A DNA stretch of 52,080 nucleotides, from positions 1,664-53,743 of the forward strand of contig CAZJKV010000002.1 in assembly GCA_964546765.1 (NCBI GenBank), written 5' to 3'. Every line of letters starts with the position of its first letter. Within the stretch, counting starts at the first letter, position 1. Source of the stretch: an uncultured Chromatiales bacterium (lineage in GTDB: Bacteria; Pseudomonadota; Gammaproteobacteria; SZUA-140). This document shows positions 25,357 to 39,266 of this stretch, in pieces. The translations under genes were made by a program, and so were the position numbers. The notes under the pieces were generated by a model that saw nothing but the letters and a program-made list of their open reading frames with translations, was not told the origin of the DNA and made no database searches.

Positions 25357-28080
25357 TCAGTGTGCCTGGTCCCAGTTGTCGCCGATACCGGTGTCAACGA
25401 CCAGCGGCGTGCGAAGGTCTGCGGCGGCCGCCATTTCCCGGGTGATCGCCGCAACGGCCGCGTCGCAGCGCGCCTCGGGGACCTCGAACACGAGTTCGTC
25501 GTGGACCTGCATGATCATGTCGATGTCCCGGCCCTCGTCCTCGAGCCATGCGTCGACCTTCAGCATCGCGCGCTTGATGATATCGGCGGCGGTGCCCTGC
25601 ATCGGCGCATTGATCGCGGCGCGTTCTGCGTATTCGCGGCGCTGGCGGTTGCGCGACTGGATCTCGGCGAGATAGAGGCGGCGGCCGAACAGGGTCTCGA
25701 CATGACCCTGCGCGGCGGCACGCTTGCGCGTCTCTTCCATGAAGGCCTGCACGTCCGGGTAGCGCGCGAAATAGCGGTCCATGTATTCCTGGGCCGCGTT
25801 GCGCGTAACCCCGATCTGGCGCGCGAGCCCGAACGACGACATCCCGTAGATCAGGCCGAAGTTGATCGCTTTCGCGCTGCGCCGCTGTTCCGGGCTGACC
25901 TGGTCGAGCGCGACGCCGAAGATCTCGGCCGCGGTCGCGCGATGGATGTCGAGCCCGTCGCGAAAGGCCTCGATGAGCCGCGCGTCGCCGGACAGATGGG
26001 CAAGGATGCGCAGCTCGATCTGCGAATAGTCGGCGGCGAGCAGCTTGCAGCCGGGCGGCGCGATGAAGGCCTGCCGGATGCGACGCCCGGCCTCGGTGCG
26101 TACCGGGATGTTCTGCAGGTTCGGATTGCTCGACGAAAGCCGCCCGGTCGCCGCGACCGCCTGGTGATACGAGGTGTGTATGCGCCCGGTCCGCGGATGG
26201 ACAAGTTCGGGCAGGCGGTCCGCATAGGTCGATTTCAGTTTGCTGAGCGCGCGATGTTCGAGGATCAGCTGCGGTAGCGGATAATCGAGGGCGAGATCCT
26301 GCAGCACCGATTCGGCGGTCGATGGCTGTCCCTTCGGCGTCTTCTGCAGCACCGGCAGGCCCTGGCGCTCGAACAGGATCTCCTGGATCTGCTTCGGCGA
26401 CGCGAGGTTGAAGGTCTCGCCTGCGGTCTCATAGGCCTGGTGTTCGACCGTCTCGATCTGGCGGCCGAGCTCCTCGCCTTGCGCGCGCAACATGTCTGCG
26501 TCGACGAGCACGCCATGGCGTTCGATGCGCGCGAGTACCGGCACCAGCGGCATCTCGATCTCCTCGTACACGTATTTCAGTCCCTTGTCTTCGGCGAGCT
26601 TCGGCCACAGGGCCTCGTGCAGCTGCAGCGTGACGTCGGCGTCCTCGGCGGCATAGCGCGTCGCGGTATCGATTTCGACCTGGCTGAACGGCTGCTGTTT
26701 CGCGCCCTTGCCGGCAACGTCCTCGTAGCTGATGGTCTTGTGCCCGAGGTATTTCAGCGCCAGGGAATCCATGTCGTGCCGGGTCGCGGTACTGTTCAGG
26801 ACATAGGATTCGAGCATCGTGTCGTGGCGCAGCCCCCGCGGCACAATGCCGTAACCCGCGAGCACGCTGACGTCGTATTTCAGGTTCTGTCCGATCTTGC
26901 CGATGGACGTGTCCTCGAGCAGCGGCTTCAGCCGCGCCAGCACCCGCTCGCGATCGAGCTGGGGCGGGGCGCCTTCGTAATCGTGCGCGAGCGGGACGTA
27001 GGCGGCCTCGCCGGCGCGGATCGCGAACGACAGGCCGACGATCTCGGCGTCGAAGGCCTCGAGGCTCGTCGTTTCGGTGTCGAACGCGAAGCAATCGGCC
27101 TTGCCGAGGCGATCGATCCAGGCCTCGAGCGCTGTGTCGGTCAGCAGTGCCTGGTAGTCCGCTTGCGCGGGCCGAGGGTCGCCGCCCGCGACTGCCGCGG
27201 CCGCCGGTTCGTCCTGTGCGTTCAGGACCTCCTCGAGCAGTCGGCGGAATTCGAGGCGCTGGTAGAGCTGCCGCAGTTCCCCGATGTCCGGCGCCTTGCG
27301 CGCGAGATCGGCCGGTTCGACGTCGAGCGCGACGTCGCGCTTGATCGTGACGAGTTGCCGCGCGAGCGGCAACTGCCCGAGATGTTCGCGGATGCGCTCG
27401 CCGGTCTTGCCCTTGATGGCGCCGGCCGCGCTGACGACGCCGTCGAGCGAGCCGTATTCCTCGAGCAGGCGCACCGCGGTCTTCGGGCCGATGCCCGGAA
27501 CGCCGGGGATATTGTCGGAGGTATCGCCGATCAGGGCGAGCCAGTCGACGATGCGCTCGGGCGGGACGCCGAACTTCGCCTCGACGCCGGCCGCATCGAG
27601 GCGCTGGCCGGTCATCGTGTTGATCAGCGTCACATGCGGAGCGACGAGCTGGGCCATGTCCTTGTCGCCGGTCGAGATCAGCACATCGATGTCGCGGTCG
27701 AGCGCGCGTTCGGCGAGCGTGCCGATGACATCGTCCGCCTCGACGCCGTCGACGACGAGGCACGGCAGGCCGAGTGCGCGCACGATCGCGTGCAACGGCT
27801 CGATCTGGGATCGCAATTCGTCCGGCATCGGCGGGCGATTGGCCTTGTAGGCGTCGTACAGATCATCGCGAAAGGTCTTGCCTTTCGCGTCGAAGACGAC
27901 TGCGATCAGCGCCGGATCGTATTCCCTGAGCAGCGTGCGCAGCATCTGGGTCACGCCGTAGACGGCGCCGGTCGCCTCGTTATGCGAGTTTGTCAGTGGC
28001 GGCAGGGCGTGGAAGGCGCGATAAAGGTACGAGGAACCATCGACCAGCACCAGCAGTTTGGGGTTCTTGTTCTGCGTCAT
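25357..28080 (-). CDS. polA: DNA polymerase I
   Basis: 907 aa. It has a 5' nuclease N-terminus, a 3'-5' exo domain, and polymerase motifs [22 protein letters not shown] and QVHDELVFE. Confidence 0.97.
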   Translation of the reverse strand: MTQNKNPKLLVLVDGSSYLYRAFHALPPLTNSHNEATGAVYGVTQMLRTLLREYDPALIAVVFDAKGKTFRDDLYDAYKANRPPMPDELRSQIEPLHAIVRALGLPCLVVDGVEADDVIGTLAERALDRDIDVLISTGDKDMAQLVAPHVTLINTMTGQRLDAAGVEAKFGVPPERIVDWLALIGDTSDNIPGVPGIGPKTAVRLLEEYGSLDGVVSAAGAIKGKTGERIREHLGQLPLARQLVTIKRDVALDVEPADLARKAPDIGELRQLYQRLEFRRLLEEVLNAQDEPAAAAVAGGDPRPAQADYQALLTDTALEAWIDRLGKADCFAFDTETTSLEAFDAEIVGLSFAIRAGEAAYVPLAHDYEGAPPQLDRERVLARLKPLLEDTSIGKIGQNLKYDVSVLAGYGIVPRGLRHDTMLESYVLNSTATRHDMDSLALKYLGHKTISYEDVAGKGAKQQPFSQVEIDTATRYAAEDADVTLQLHEALWPKLAEDKGLKYVYEEIEMPLVPVLARIERHGVLVDADMLRAQGEELGRQIETVEHQAYETAGETFNLASPKQIQEILFERQGLPVLQKTPKGQPSTAESVLQDLALDYPLPQLILEHRALSKLKSTYADRLPELVHPRTGRIHTSYHQAVAATGRLSSSNPNLQNIPVRTEAGRRIRQAFIAPPGCKLLAADYSQIELRILAHLSGDARLIEAFRDGLDIHRATAAEIFGVALDQVSPEQRRSAKAINFGLIYGMSSFGLARQIGVTRNAAQEYMDRYFARYPDVQAFMEETRKRAAAQGHVETLFGRRLYLAEIQSRNRQRREYAERAAINAPMQGTAADIIKRAMLKVDAWLEDEGRDIDMIMQVHDELVFEVPEARCDAAVAAITREMAAAADLRTPLVVDTGIGDNWDQAH

Positions 28081-28176
28081 GGCGATGACTGGGGTGCTTG
28101 GCAGGATCGGCCGATTATCAGGGATTCGATTATACTATGGCGAACTTTCCGGCGTCGTGCATACAGGGGACAGCAC

Positions 28177-28902
28177 ATGAACGATCATCACAAATCAGGA
28201 CACCCGACGCTCAGGCATGCCGACGATGCCCTGCTGAATCGCGAGTCCTGGAGGGTGTTCCAGATCATGGCCGAATTCGTCGAGGGCTTCGAGCGTCTCG
28301 CGCGCATCAAGCCGTCCGTCAGCGTGTTCGGCTCCGCGCGCTTCAAGCCGGATCACCGTTATTACCGTTGCGCCGAGCAGATCTGCCGCCTGTTGTCCGA
28401 CGCCGGCTTCACCGTCGTCAGCGGCGGCGGCCCCGGGATCATGGAGGCCGCGAACAAGGGCGCCTTTGCCGGCAAGTCGCCGACGGTCGGGCTGAACATC
28501 CAGCTGCCCAAGGAGCAGGTCGCGAACGACTATCAGGACATCTCTCTGCAGTTCCGGCATTTCTTCTCGCGCAAGGTGATGTTCGTCAAGTATGCTTCAG
28601 CCTATGTCGTGTTACCGGGCGGTTTCGGCACGCTGGATGAACTGGCCGAGATCCTGACGCTGGTGCAGACAGAGCGCACGCGTCGCATCCCGATCCTGCT
28701 GGTCGGCAGCGAGTACTGGAAGGGCCTGCTCGGCTGGTTCAGGGAGTCTATGGTTGCGGAAGGCACGATCGACGACAGGGACCTGGCCCTGTTCGAGGTG
28801 ATCGACGACCCGCAGGAGGTGGTCAATGCGATATTCCGATATTACGAGCACCGGGGATTCGAGCCTTCGGCCGAAGAGCGCGAGATGCTGCTCGATCTCT
28901 GA
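28177..28902 (+). CDS. LOG-family protein (TIGR00730-type nucleotide phosphoribohydrolase)
   Basis: GGGPGIMEAANKGA and the PGGFGTLDEL motif. The ATG at 28177 is the first start outside the polA antisense region. Confidence 0.85.
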   Translation: MNDHHKSGHPTLRHADDALLNRESWRVFQIMAEFVEGFERLARIKPSVSVFGSARFKPDHRYYRCAEQICRLLSDAGFTVVSGGGPGIMEAANKGAFAGKSPTVGLNIQLPKEQVANDYQDISLQFRHFFSRKVMFVKYASAYVVLPGGFGTLDELAEILTLVQTERTRRIPILLVGSEYWKGLLGWFRESMVAEGTIDDRDLALFEVIDDPQEVVNAIFRYYEHRGFEPSAEEREMLLDL

Positions 28903-28915
28903 GCGGGACAAGGTC

Positions 28916-29242
28916 ATGAGGGCGATACTTCCGGCCACCGTCGCCCTGCTCGCCTGCCTGGCGCTCGCGGCGCCGGCTGTCGCAGATACCGGCGCCCCGC
29001 CATCCGGCGGTGAATTCACCGGCGGTATCGACGAGGCGCCGGAGATTACGATTATCCAGAGGGACGATGCAACCATCGAGGAATACCGGGTCGGCGGCCA
29101 GCTCTACATGATCAAGGTCACGCCGAAAAAGGGGATTCCGTATTTTCTCGTCGACACCGACGGCGACGGCCGCCTCGATACCCGCCGTTCCGAGCTCGCC
29201 GAGGACCTGATGGTCCCGAGCTGGACGCTGTTTCGCTGGTAA
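28916..29242 (+). CDS. DUF2782-like secreted protein
   Basis: Signal peptide MRAILPATVALLACLALAAPAVA. EEYRVGGQLYMIKVTPKKGIPYFLVDTDGDG...VPSWTLFRW matches my memory of this polA-neighbouring family. Confidence 0.65.
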   Translation: MRAILPATVALLACLALAAPAVADTGAPPSGGEFTGGIDEAPEITIIQRDDATIEEYRVGGQLYMIKVTPKKGIPYFLVDTDGDGRLDTRRSELAEDLMVPSWTLFRW

Positions 29243-29290
29243 CGCGGGCGCTTGGTTTTTGGCGGATGACCCCCCATATTCCTGGAATCT

Positions 29291-30217
29291 ATGTCTGATG
29301 GATACTCGCCCATGAGAGCCGCGATCGACCTGAAGAAGGGATTGGACCTGTTCTTCACCGACCCGGTGCAGACTCGCGCATCGCGTATCGTGTTCGCGGT
29401 GTTGCTGGTGCTGCTGGCCGCCGTCCTCGCGCAACTGACCTGGAAACTGCTGCCCGCACCCGACGAGCTCGCCGCGCCCGCGTTGCCGCGCGGCGCAGTG
29501 ACCGCAGGCGAGTCCGCCCAGGAGCGCAAGTGGAATATCGCCGAGTGGCACCTGTTCGGCGTCAAGCCGCAGGAGGCGAGGCGCGACACCCCGCTCGAGT
29601 CGATGCCGGAGACCACGCTGAATCTCGTACTGCGCGGAGTCTTCGCCTCTACAGCGCCCGGAGAAAACAGCGGCGCGATCATCGGCGCCCCGAACGGAAA
29701 CGACACCTTTTATTCGGTAAATGCCCGTTTGCCGGGTGGTGCGACGCTGAAGGAGGTCTATTCCGACCGTGTCGTGCTCGAGCGCTCCGGACGGCTGGAG
29801 ACCCTGCGCCTGCCCAAGGAGACCCTGGGCGGTGGCGCCCCGGCCCCGCTCCCCGCAGGCCGGCAAACTGCGACCCCGTTCCGGGAGGCGCCGCCGCTCG
29901 AATCCCGTACGCTGCGGGAATACCGCGACATCGCCTTGTCTGATCCCCAGCAACTCGCCGATGTCGTCAGGATCTCCCCAAAGAATGACGGCGGACGCTT
30001 TATCGGCTACGAGGTTCAGCCTGGCCGTGATCCGGGACTGCTCGATCGCGTCGGCCTGGCCCCCGGAGACATCGTGACCTCGATCAACGGTATCGCGCTG
30101 GACACACCGGCCCGGGCTCTCGGTGTCCTGCGCTCGCTGCAGGGCGCCGAACAGGTCCGGGTCGATTACCAGCGCGACGGCATCCCCCAGACCGCGACCG
30201 TCGGTATCCAGGACTAG
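29291..30217 (+). CDS. gspC: Type II secretion system protein GspC-like (TM + HR region + PDZ)
   Basis: N-terminal TM IVFAVLLVLLAAVLAQLTWKLL, HR-type TTLNLVLRGVFAS, and C-terminal PDZ GLAPGDIVTSINGIALD. No other gsp genes are in the window. Confidence 0.65.
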   Translation: MSDGYSPMRAAIDLKKGLDLFFTDPVQTRASRIVFAVLLVLLAAVLAQLTWKLLPAPDELAAPALPRGAVTAGESAQERKWNIAEWHLFGVKPQEARRDTPLESMPETTLNLVLRGVFASTAPGENSGAIIGAPNGNDTFYSVNARLPGGATLKEVYSDRVVLERSGRLETLRLPKETLGGGAPAPLPAGRQTATPFREAPPLESRTLREYRDIALSDPQQLADVVRISPKNDGGRFIGYEVQPGRDPGLLDRVGLAPGDIVTSINGIALDTPARALGVLRSLQGAEQVRVDYQRDGIPQTATVGIQD

Positions 30218-30227
30218 CCCCGTCACC

Positions 30228-30256
30228 TTGCCGAAATGGCCGGAATTGCATAGAAT
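30228..30256 (+). promoter_or_regulatory. Sigma70-like promoter TTGCCG-N17-TAGAAT upstream of rpmE
   Basis: Hexamers at 30228-30233 and 30251-30256, about 50 nt upstream of the rpmE ATG. Confidence 0.45.
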
Positions 30257-30307
30257 GATCGGTCTTTGACCCGGAGCCAGATGCCGGGTGTCCATGAGGA
30301 AATGACT

Positions 30308-30514
30308 ATGAAGTCCGAGATCCATCCCGCCTACGAAGAGGTTACGGTCGCCTGTGGCTGCGGGAATACCTTCAAGACCCGCTCGACTGCCGGACGCACC
30401 CTGCAGCTCGATGTCTGCTCGCAGTGCCACCCGTTCTACACCGGCAAGCAGAAGCTCGTCGATACCGCCGGCCGCGTCGACAAGTTCCGGCAGAAATACG
30501 GCAACCGTCGCTGA
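30308..30514 (+). CDS. rpmE: 50S ribosomal protein L31
   Basis: [27 protein letters not shown]...[16 protein letters not shown]. This is the Zn-ribbon (CxC...CxxC) form. Confidence 0.95.
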   Translation: MKSEIHPAYEEVTVACGCGNTFKTRSTAGRTLQLDVCSQCHPFYTGKQKLVDTAGRVDKFRQKYGNRR

Positions 30515-30541
30515 TCCCGTCACACCGTGTCGCGGTCGAAG

Positions 30542-30566
30542 GGGCGTGCCTGTGGCGCGCCCTTTT
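30542..30566 (+). terminator. Intrinsic terminator after rpmE
   Basis: GGGCGTGCC-tgt-GGCGCGCCC forms a 9-bp stem with one G-U pair, followed by TTTT. Confidence 0.7.
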
Positions 30567-30654
30567 CGCATCCGGCACAGCGCCGGCTTGCCGTTTGCAG
30601 AGACCCGGGCAATCACGGATAATTTACTGTTCTTGATGACATTATGCGAATGAC

Positions 30655-31944
30655 ATGAGCAGGGATCGCAAACAGGCCGCACTCGATTACCACGCTACGC
30701 CGGAACCCGGCAAACTGGCGATCGCGATCACCAAGCCCTGCGCGACCCAGGATGACCTCGGGCTTGCCTATACGCCTGGCGTCGCCGAGCCGGTGCGCGC
30801 GATCGCGCGCAATCCGGAAGACGCCTATCGCTATACCGCCAAGGGCAATCTCGTCGCGGTGATCACCGACGGCAGCGCAGTGCTCGGCCTCGGCGCGGTC
30901 GGCGCGCTGGCCGGCAAGCCGGTGATGGAAGGCAAGGCGGTCCTGTTCAAGAAATTTGCGGACATTGACGTCTTTGACATCGAGGTCGATGCAGACGATC
31001 CGGCGGATTTCATCGAGACGGTCGTGCGCATCTCGCCGACCTTTGGAGGCATCAATCTCGAGGACATCACGGCGCCGAAATGCTTCGAAATCGAGCAGGC
31101 GCTGCGCCAGCGACTCGATATCCCGGTATTCCACGACGACCAGCACGGCACCGCGGTGATCACCGCGGCCGGTCTGCTTAACGCCCTCGAACTGCAGGGC
31201 AAGTCCCTGTCCCGCGCCCGCATCGTGTGCATCGGCGCCGGCGCCGCCGGCATCGCCTCGATGCGCCTGCTGGTCGCACTTGGCGCGCAGCGCGAGCTCC
31301 TGCGCCTGGTCGACCGCACCGGCGTCATCCACAGCGCCCGCGGCGATCTCAATCGCTACAAGCAGGAATTCGCCGTCGAGACCGCCGAGCGCACACTGCG
31401 CGATGCGATGCAGGGCGCGGACGCGCTGATCGGACTGTCGGGGCCGGATCTCGTCACGCCGGAACAGCTCTTGACGATGGCGCCGCGCCCGATCGTGTTC
31501 GCGCTGTCGAATCCCGATCCCGAGATCGACCCCGCGATCGCGCTCGCGACGCGTGACGACCTGATCATGGCGACGGGACGTTCCGATTACCCGAACCAGG
31601 TCAACAACGTGCTCGGTTTTCCGTTCATCTTCCGCGGTGCGCTCGATGTCCGGGCGGCGGCGATCAACGAGGAGATGCTGATCGCGGCGGTCCATGCGCT
31701 GGCCGAGCTTGCGCATGAACCGGTGCCGCAGGAAGTGTTGTCAGCCTATCGACTCGATGCACTGGCGTTCGGACCTGCCTATATCATCCCCAAGCCCCTG
31801 GATCCGCGACTGATCGACCGGATCCCGCCCGCAGTCGCGGGTGCGGCCGTCGCGTCCGGCGCGGCGCGCAGGGAATACCCCTCTTTCTATCCCAGGCGCC
31901 ACGCACCGGTGGTGGTCGAGGCACGCGCCGCCGCTGTAGAGTAG
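30655..31944 (+). CDS. NAD(P)-dependent malic enzyme (short form, no PTA-like domain)
   Basis: [38 protein letters not shown] and the Rossmann motif GAGAAGIA. Confidence 0.9.
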   Translation: MSRDRKQAALDYHATPEPGKLAIAITKPCATQDDLGLAYTPGVAEPVRAIARNPEDAYRYTAKGNLVAVITDGSAVLGLGAVGALAGKPVMEGKAVLFKKFADIDVFDIEVDADDPADFIETVVRISPTFGGINLEDITAPKCFEIEQALRQRLDIPVFHDDQHGTAVITAAGLLNALELQGKSLSRARIVCIGAGAAGIASMRLLVALGAQRELLRLVDRTGVIHSARGDLNRYKQEFAVETAERTLRDAMQGADALIGLSGPDLVTPEQLLTMAPRPIVFALSNPDPEIDPAIALATRDDLIMATGRSDYPNQVNNVLGFPFIFRGALDVRAAAINEEMLIAAVHALAELAHEPVPQEVLSAYRLDALAFGPAYIIPKPLDPRLIDRIPPAVAGAAVASGAARREYPSFYPRRHAPVVVEARAAAVE

Positions 31945-32049
31945 TGGTTTATACCGGCAGGCCGATAACCTGCCGGGCGTCCACATCAGGTTCGCCCACC
32001 GGCCGAGGCCGGTCCGGGTTCATGTGACGAGACCGAGGAGCAGGCAGCG

Positions 32050-32973
32050 ATGAGAAAGATCACGATAGTCGGGGCCGGACGGGTCGGGGAGTCGACGGCG
32101 CAGATCCTCGCCCGCGATGAATATTTCGAGGAGGTCGTGCTGATCGATATCCGGGAAGGCGTCGCGCGCGGCACGGCGCTCGACATCCAGGAATCGGCGA
32201 TCCTGTTCGGCTTCGATATCCATGTCCGGGGCGACGAGGATCCGGCCGCCATGGCCGGTTCTGATATCGTCGTGATCACCGCGGGTGTGCCGCGCAAGCC
32301 TGGCATGTCGCGATCGGATGTGCTCAAGACCAACCTCGAAGTGACGTCCTCGGTCGTTGCCGACGCGATGAAGCATGCGCCGAACGCGATTATCATCATG
32401 GTGACCAATCCGGTCGACGTGCTGACCTATGCAGCCTGGAAGCAGACAGGGTGGGATCGCAGCCGTGTCTTCGGGCTGTCCGGCGTACTCGATTCCGCAC
32501 GCATGGCGAGCTTTATCTCCGCCGAGACCGGGCTGTCGATCAAGGACGTGACCGCGCTGGTGCTCGGCGGCCACGGTGATCTGATGGTACCGATGCCGAG
32601 GTACACGACGATCAATGGCATACCGATCAGCCAGTTTCTCGATGAACGCCAGATCCGGGGCATCGTCGATCGCACCCGGCACGGCGGCGCAGAGATCCTC
32701 GCGCTGAAGCAAACCAGCAGCGCAAACGACTCCCCGGCTGCGGCGGTCACGGTAATGGTCGATGCTGTGTGCAACAATCGCATGCGCATACTGCCCTGTG
32801 TCGCGCTGCTCGACAGCGAATATGGGGAACACGACGTCGCGATCGGCGTGCCGGTCGTGCTCGGCAAGCGCGGCGCGGAACGCATCATCGAGCTTCCGCT
32901 GACCGAGGATGAACTCAGGCAGTTCGCCCAGTCCGTGGAGCAGGTGCGCGCGGATCTGAAATTACTGTATTGA
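32050..32973 (+). CDS. mdh: Malate dehydrogenase (LDH-like type)
   Basis: [15 protein letters not shown] Rossmann motif, [13 protein letters not shown]-type loop, and [11 protein letters not shown] catalytic His region. Confidence 0.9.
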   Translation: MRKITIVGAGRVGESTAQILARDEYFEEVVLIDIREGVARGTALDIQESAILFGFDIHVRGDEDPAAMAGSDIVVITAGVPRKPGMSRSDVLKTNLEVTSSVVADAMKHAPNAIIIMVTNPVDVLTYAAWKQTGWDRSRVFGLSGVLDSARMASFISAETGLSIKDVTALVLGGHGDLMVPMPRYTTINGIPISQFLDERQIRGIVDRTRHGGAEILALKQTSSANDSPAAAVTVMVDAVCNNRMRILPCVALLDSEYGEHDVAIGVPVVLGKRGAERIIELPLTEDELRQFAQSVEQVRADLKLLY

Positions 32974-32992
32974 TGCAACGGAGGTAGACGCC

Positions 32993-34288
32993 ATGGCGGA
33001 CCATACGGTCACCCTGACAGACAATGCCACCGGCAAGCAGATAGAGCTTCCGGTATTGAAGGGCACTTCGGGTCCCGCGGCCATCGACATCACGCGTCTT
33101 TACCGGGATTTTGGCTGTCTGACCTACGATCCCGGATTCCAGTCGACTGCGAGTTGCAGCAGCGGTATCACCTTCATCGACGGCGACCAGGGATTGCTGC
33201 TGTACCGCGGTTATCCTATAGAGCAACTCGCCGAAAAGAGCAGCTTCCTTGAGGTCGCCTATCTGCTGATCTACGGGGAATTGCCGTCCGCAGACGAGCT
33301 CGCCGGCTTCGAGAACTCGATACGCCGGCACACGATGATCAAGGAGAGTCTCAAGGGCTTTTACCAGGGCTTCTATCACGACTCGCATCCGATGGCGAGC
33401 ATGGTCGGTGTGGTCGGATCGCTGTCGGCGTTCTATCACGACTCGACCGATATCCACGACCCTGACCATCGCAATCTCGCTGCGCATCGACTGATCGCCA
33501 AGATGCCGACCATCGCGGCGGGCAGCCACAAATACGCGATCGGCGAGCCATTCATCTATCCGAAGAACAGCCTCAGCTACTGCGGCAACCTGCTGCACAT
33601 GATGTTCTCGGTGCCGAGCGAGGACTACGAGGTTGACCCGATCGCCGAGAAGGCGCTCGACATGATTTTCATCCTGCACGCCGACCACGAGCAGAACGCG
33701 AGCACCGCGACGGTGCGCCTGTCAGGTAGTTCGGGCGCAAATCCGTTCGCGTGCATCTCGTCAGGCATCACTGCGCTGTGGGGTCCAGCCCACGGCGGAG
33801 CGAACGAGGCCGTGCTGCACATGCTGAGCGAGATCGGCGACGCGAGCAACATCGCCAGGTATATCGCCAAGGCCAAGGACAAGAACGATCCGTTCCGGTT
33901 GATGGGCTTCGGTCACCGGATCTACAAGAACTACGATCCGCGCGCCAAGATCATCCGTCGCATGTGCCACGAGGTGCTCGCCAAGTTCGGCGACGAGAAC
34001 GACCCGTTCTTCGAGCTCGCGATGCGCCTGGAGGAACTCGCGCTGAAGGACGAGTATTTCATTGAACGCAAGCTCTATCCGAACGTCGATTTCTATTCAG
34101 GCATCATATACCGCGCCCTCGGCATCCCGGTCAGCATGTTCACGGTGATGTTTGCGATCGCGCGCACCGCCGGCTGGATCGCGCAGTGGATGGAGATGAT
34201 CGCCGAACCCGACCAGCGCATCGGCCGGCCGCGCCAGTTGTATACCGGAAAGCAGAAACGCGACTACGTCGCGCTCGGGCAACGCTAG
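32993..34288 (+). CDS. gltA: Citrate synthase (type II)
   Basis: [16 protein letters not shown] and the [14 protein letters not shown] signature. 431 aa. Confidence 0.95.
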   Translation: MADHTVTLTDNATGKQIELPVLKGTSGPAAIDITRLYRDFGCLTYDPGFQSTASCSSGITFIDGDQGLLLYRGYPIEQLAEKSSFLEVAYLLIYGELPSADELAGFENSIRRHTMIKESLKGFYQGFYHDSHPMASMVGVVGSLSAFYHDSTDIHDPDHRNLAAHRLIAKMPTIAAGSHKYAIGEPFIYPKNSLSYCGNLLHMMFSVPSEDYEVDPIAEKALDMIFILHADHEQNASTATVRLSGSSGANPFACISSGITALWGPAHGGANEAVLHMLSEIGDASNIARYIAKAKDKNDPFRLMGFGHRIYKNYDPRAKIIRRMCHEVLAKFGDENDPFFELAMRLEELALKDEYFIERKLYPNVDFYSGIIYRALGIPVSMFTVMFAIARTAGWIAQWMEMIAEPDQRIGRPRQLYTGKQKRDYVALGQR

Positions 34289-36768
34289 AACAACTGTTCC
34301 GGCATCAGCGCTCCATCGCGCACCACCCCCTGCCCTGGCGACCGCGACGCGGCGTGCTGGCGCGGCACATGTTCCACCTGAAAGGTCTCGAAGATCGCGT
34401 TGGACTGGTTGCTCGCGGCGAGGAGGCCGGAATCGGGGTCTATCCTGACCGTGACCAGGCCGGCCGGGCGGTTCAACGGCCGCTCCGGGATCCCGTGCAG
34501 GGCCTCACGCATGTAATCGATCCACATCGGCAACGCGGCGCGGCTGCCGGTCTCACCGTTGCCGAGTGACGTCGACTGGTCGAAGCCGATCCAGCTCACC
34601 GCGACGATGTCGGCGTTGTACCCCGCGAACCAGGCATCGCGCAGGTCGTTGGTCGTGCCGGTCTTGCCGGCGAGGTCGCTGCGCCCGAGCTGGCGCGCGC
34701 GTACCGCAGTGCCGCTCTGGATGACGTCACGCATCATCGAGGTCATCAGATAGGCGTTCTGCGGTGTGAGCACGCGCTCTGCGATCCTGGGCGGCTGTGC
34801 GGGTTCCATTTCCGCCTCCGGTTCGCCCAGGTCGAGGGTGGCGGTGACCGGTTGCAGGCCGGCATCGGGAATGGCATCAGGACCGGCATCGATAATGGTT
34901 ACGCAGTCGGGGCAGACGGTTTCGGGCGTGGCTTCGAACACGACCTCGTCGTTGTGGCCGGTGATTCGCTCGATGTAATACGGCCTGACGCGGTAACCTC
35001 CGTTCGCGAACACCGCATATCCCTCCGCCAGTTGCAGCGGCGTGACCACGCCGCTGCCGAGCGCGAGCGACAGGTCGCGCGGCAGGTCGCGCGTACTGAA
35101 ACCGAAGCGCGACACGTAGTCGACCGTGTAGCTGACGCCGATCGCGCGCAGCAGGCGGATCGAGACCAGGTTGCGTGAGTTCTTCAGTCCGACCCGCAGC
35201 CGGGTCGGACCGAAGAATTCACCGCTGTAATTGCCCGGCCGCCAGGTGCTTTCCAGACCTGGGTCGTCGAACACGACCGGCGCGTCATTGATCAGCGAGG
35301 CCGGCGTGTAGCCCCGTTCCAGCGCCGCCGAGTAGATGAACGGCTTGAAGCTCGATCCCGGCTGGCGGGCGGCCTGGGTGCCGCGATTGAAGTGACTGCG
35401 TCTGAAATCGTAGCCGCCGGCAAACGCGGTGATTGCGCCGTTCTCCGGATCGAGCGCAACGAGGGCGCCGTCGACCTCCGGGATCTGGGCCAGCCGCCAG
35501 CCGTCGCCGGATGCCGTGACGCGTACGAGATCTCCTGGTGCGAGGATGTCTGCCGCGTTGTGCGGGACCGGGCCGCGCCGGTTGCTGTCGATGTGACGCC
35601 TGGCCCAGGACAGCCCTTCCCAGTCGATCTCGATGGTCTCGCCGTTGACCATGATCGCGGTCGCGGCGCGTTCAGCGATGCCGACGACCACCGCCGGCGC
35701 GAGACCGCCGATGACCGGGTGCCGGCGCAGCAGCTGAGTCATCGCCTCCGGGTCATCGAGCAGCGCCGGCTCGACCCTGCTCTCGGGGCCCCGATAGCCA
35801 TGACGGCGATCGTAATCGTGCAACGATCCGCGCAGCGCGGTGACCGCGGCGTCCTGCAGGCGTGAGTCTATCGTGGTATGGACCTTGTAGCCTTCGGTGT
35901 AGGCGGCCGCCTCGCCGAAGCGAGCGACGACCTCGGCGCGCGCCATCTCGGCGATGTACTGGGCGTCCATATCCAGCGCCAGGCCGTGCAGCCTCGCATC
36001 GTCCGGCGACTCGTACGCGATCAGGAACGACTCCTGATCGATATGGCCGAGATCACGCATGCGTCGCAGGACATAGTTGCGCCGGATCACCGCGCGCTCG
36101 AGGTCGGCGATCGGATTGGCGCTCGACGGCGCCTTGGGCAGGCCGGCGATCATCGCCATCTGGGCCAGGCTGAGTTCATCGAGACCAACGCCGTAATAGG
36201 TCTGCGCCGCCGAGACCACGCCATAGGCCCGGTTGCCGAGGAAGATCTTGTTCAGGTAGAGCTCAAGGATCTCCTCCTTGGAGAGTTGGTGCTCGATCTT
36301 CAGAGCGAGATAGATCTCGCTGAGCTTGCGCATGTAGGTCTTGTCGCTGCTCAGGAAGAAATTGCGCGCCACCTGCATCGTGATGGTGCTGCCGCCCTGG
36401 CTCCGCTCCCGGGTGCGGACGAGGTTGATCGCGGCCCGCATCAGCCCCTGGTAATCGACGCCGGGGTGCTCGAAGAAGCGGTCGTCCTCGGCCGCGATGA
36501 TCGCCTTGATCATCAGGTCCGGGGTGTCCGCGAAGCGCACCGGGGTCCGTTTCATCTCCCCGAACTCGGCGATTAGCTTGCCGTCCGCGGAAAAGACCCG
36601 CATCGGCACCTGCATGCGGATATCCCGCAGGGCCTCGATGGAGGGTAGCCCCGGGGCGACGACGATATAGCCGATGACGGCCGCTGCGGCTCCCAGGACC
36701 GCCATCCCGCCGAAGCCGATCAGCCCTGCCAGGATTAATTTGCGAGAGATGTTCATATGGTACGCCAA
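34285..36768 (-). CDS. mrcA: Penicillin-binding protein 1A (bifunctional transglycosylase/transpeptidase)
   Basis: [14 protein letters not shown] and GGSTITMQ (GT51). SSFKP and KTGTTND (transpeptidase). It is divergent from pilM, as in many proteobacteria. Confidence 0.92.
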   Translation of the reverse strand: MAYHMNISRKLILAGLIGFGGMAVLGAAAAVIGYIVVAPGLPSIEALRDIRMQVPMRVFSADGKLIAEFGEMKRTPVRFADTPDLMIKAIIAAEDDRFFEHPGVDYQGLMRAAINLVRTRERSQGGSTITMQVARNFFLSSDKTYMRKLSEIYLALKIEHQLSKEEILELYLNKIFLGNRAYGVVSAAQTYYGVGLDELSLAQMAMIAGLPKAPSSANPIADLERAVIRRNYVLRRMRDLGHIDQESFLIAYESPDDARLHGLALDMDAQYIAEMARAEVVARFGEAAAYTEGYKVHTTIDSRLQDAAVTALRGSLHDYDRRHGYRGPESRVEPALLDDPEAMTQLLRRHPVIGGLAPAVVVGIAERAATAIMVNGETIEIDWEGLSWARRHIDSNRRGPVPHNAADILAPGDLVRVTASGDGWRLAQIPEVDGALVALDPENGAITAFAGGYDFRRSHFNRGTQAARQPGSSFKPFIYSAALERGYTPASLINDAPVVFDDPGLESTWRPGNYSGEFFGPTRLRVGLKNSRNLVSIRLLRAIGVSYTVDYVSRFGFSTRDLPRDLSLALGSGVVTPLQLAEGYAVFANGGYRVRPYYIERITGHNDEVVFEATPETVCPDCVTIIDAGPDAIPDAGLQPVTATLDLGEPEAEMEPAQPPRIAERVLTPQNAYLMTSMMRDVIQSGTAVRARQLGRSDLAGKTGTTNDLRDAWFAGYNADIVAVSWIGFDQSTSLGNGETGSRAALPMWIDYMREALHGIPERPLNRPAGLVTVRIDPDSGLLAASNQSNAIFETFQVEHVPRQHAASRSPGQGVVRDGALMPEQLF

Positions 36769-36946
36769 AGTCCGGTCCCGGATAAGAATGGCGACCAGTT
36801 ATCAAAAATTTCCAGCTCGAGTATAAAACTTTTTCAGACAACGGACGATAACAGGCGATGAATAAACGGATTATGTTGGCCGCCTGAATAGACGCCGGGC
36901 CGATCCGGGAGGTTCCAGGGACGAGATATGGACAGGGATATGCTAA

Positions 36947-38615
<1,669 letters not shown>

Positions 38616-38619
<4 letters not shown>

Positions 38620-39266
38620 ACCTGAACATCGATCTGTCGCAGCTGCGAAACATCGATTTCAACGATGTCGCGCGTTGGCCGAAACCGGTCAAGATCGCCG
38701 CGATCGCGCTGATCTGCGTCGCGGTACTCGGCGCCGGACTGTGGTTCGATACCCGCGTGCAGATGGAGTCGCTGGAGGCAACGCGGAACAAGGAACGCAC
38801 GCTCAAGAACGATTTTCTGGCCAAGCAGAACAAGGCGGCCAGCCTCGACGCCTATATCGAACAGATGGAGGAGATGCGTCTTTCCTTCGGCGCGATGCTG
38901 CGCCAGTTGCCGAGCCGGACCGAGGTCGCTGAGCTGCTGGTCGACATCTCCCAGACCGGCATCGAGAACGGCCTCGAGTTCGAGTTGTTCAGGCCGGAAA
39001 GCGAACGCCCTGCCGAGTTTTATGCGGAGTTGCCGATAAAGATCAAGGTCACGGGCGATTATCACGAGTTCGGGCGCTTCGTCAGCGATATTGCCTCGCT
39101 GCCCCGGATCGTGACTCTGCAGGATTTCACCATCGGACCGATGACGAGATCCGGGAGAAACAATGCACAGGCCCCGATCCAGGGCGATCTCGTGATGGAG
39201 CTGACGGCCAGGACCTATCGCTATCTCGATGAGGAAGAACTGCTGGATGGAGGTGAGCCGCGGTGA
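38616..39266 (+). CDS. pilO: Type IV pilus assembly protein PilO
   Basis: Position and size fit. N-terminal TM, coiled coil, C-terminal ELPIKIKVTGDYHEFGRFVSDIASLPRIVTL. Confidence 0.85.

Noticed and set aside
26440-28902. 820-aa plus-strand ORF, the longest non-annotated ORF in the track
   Set aside because: It is a chimera. The first ~580 codons are antisense to polA, whose motifs are unmistakable on the minus strand, and are Arg/Asp/Gly/Val-rich as expected for a high-GC shadow frame. Only the last 241 codons (from the ATG at 28177) are a real gene, the LOG family protein.
28823-30682. 619-aa minus-strand ORF
   Set aside because: It runs antisense to DUF2782, gspC and, decisively, rpmE (L31), which is unambiguous on the plus strand.
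31954-31976. CCGGCAGG-N7-CCTGCCGG hairpin after the malic enzyme gene, as an intrinsic terminator
   Set aside because: The 8-bp stem is good but no T-tract follows (GCGTCC). It may be a REP-like or RNA-stability element, but I cannot call it a terminator.
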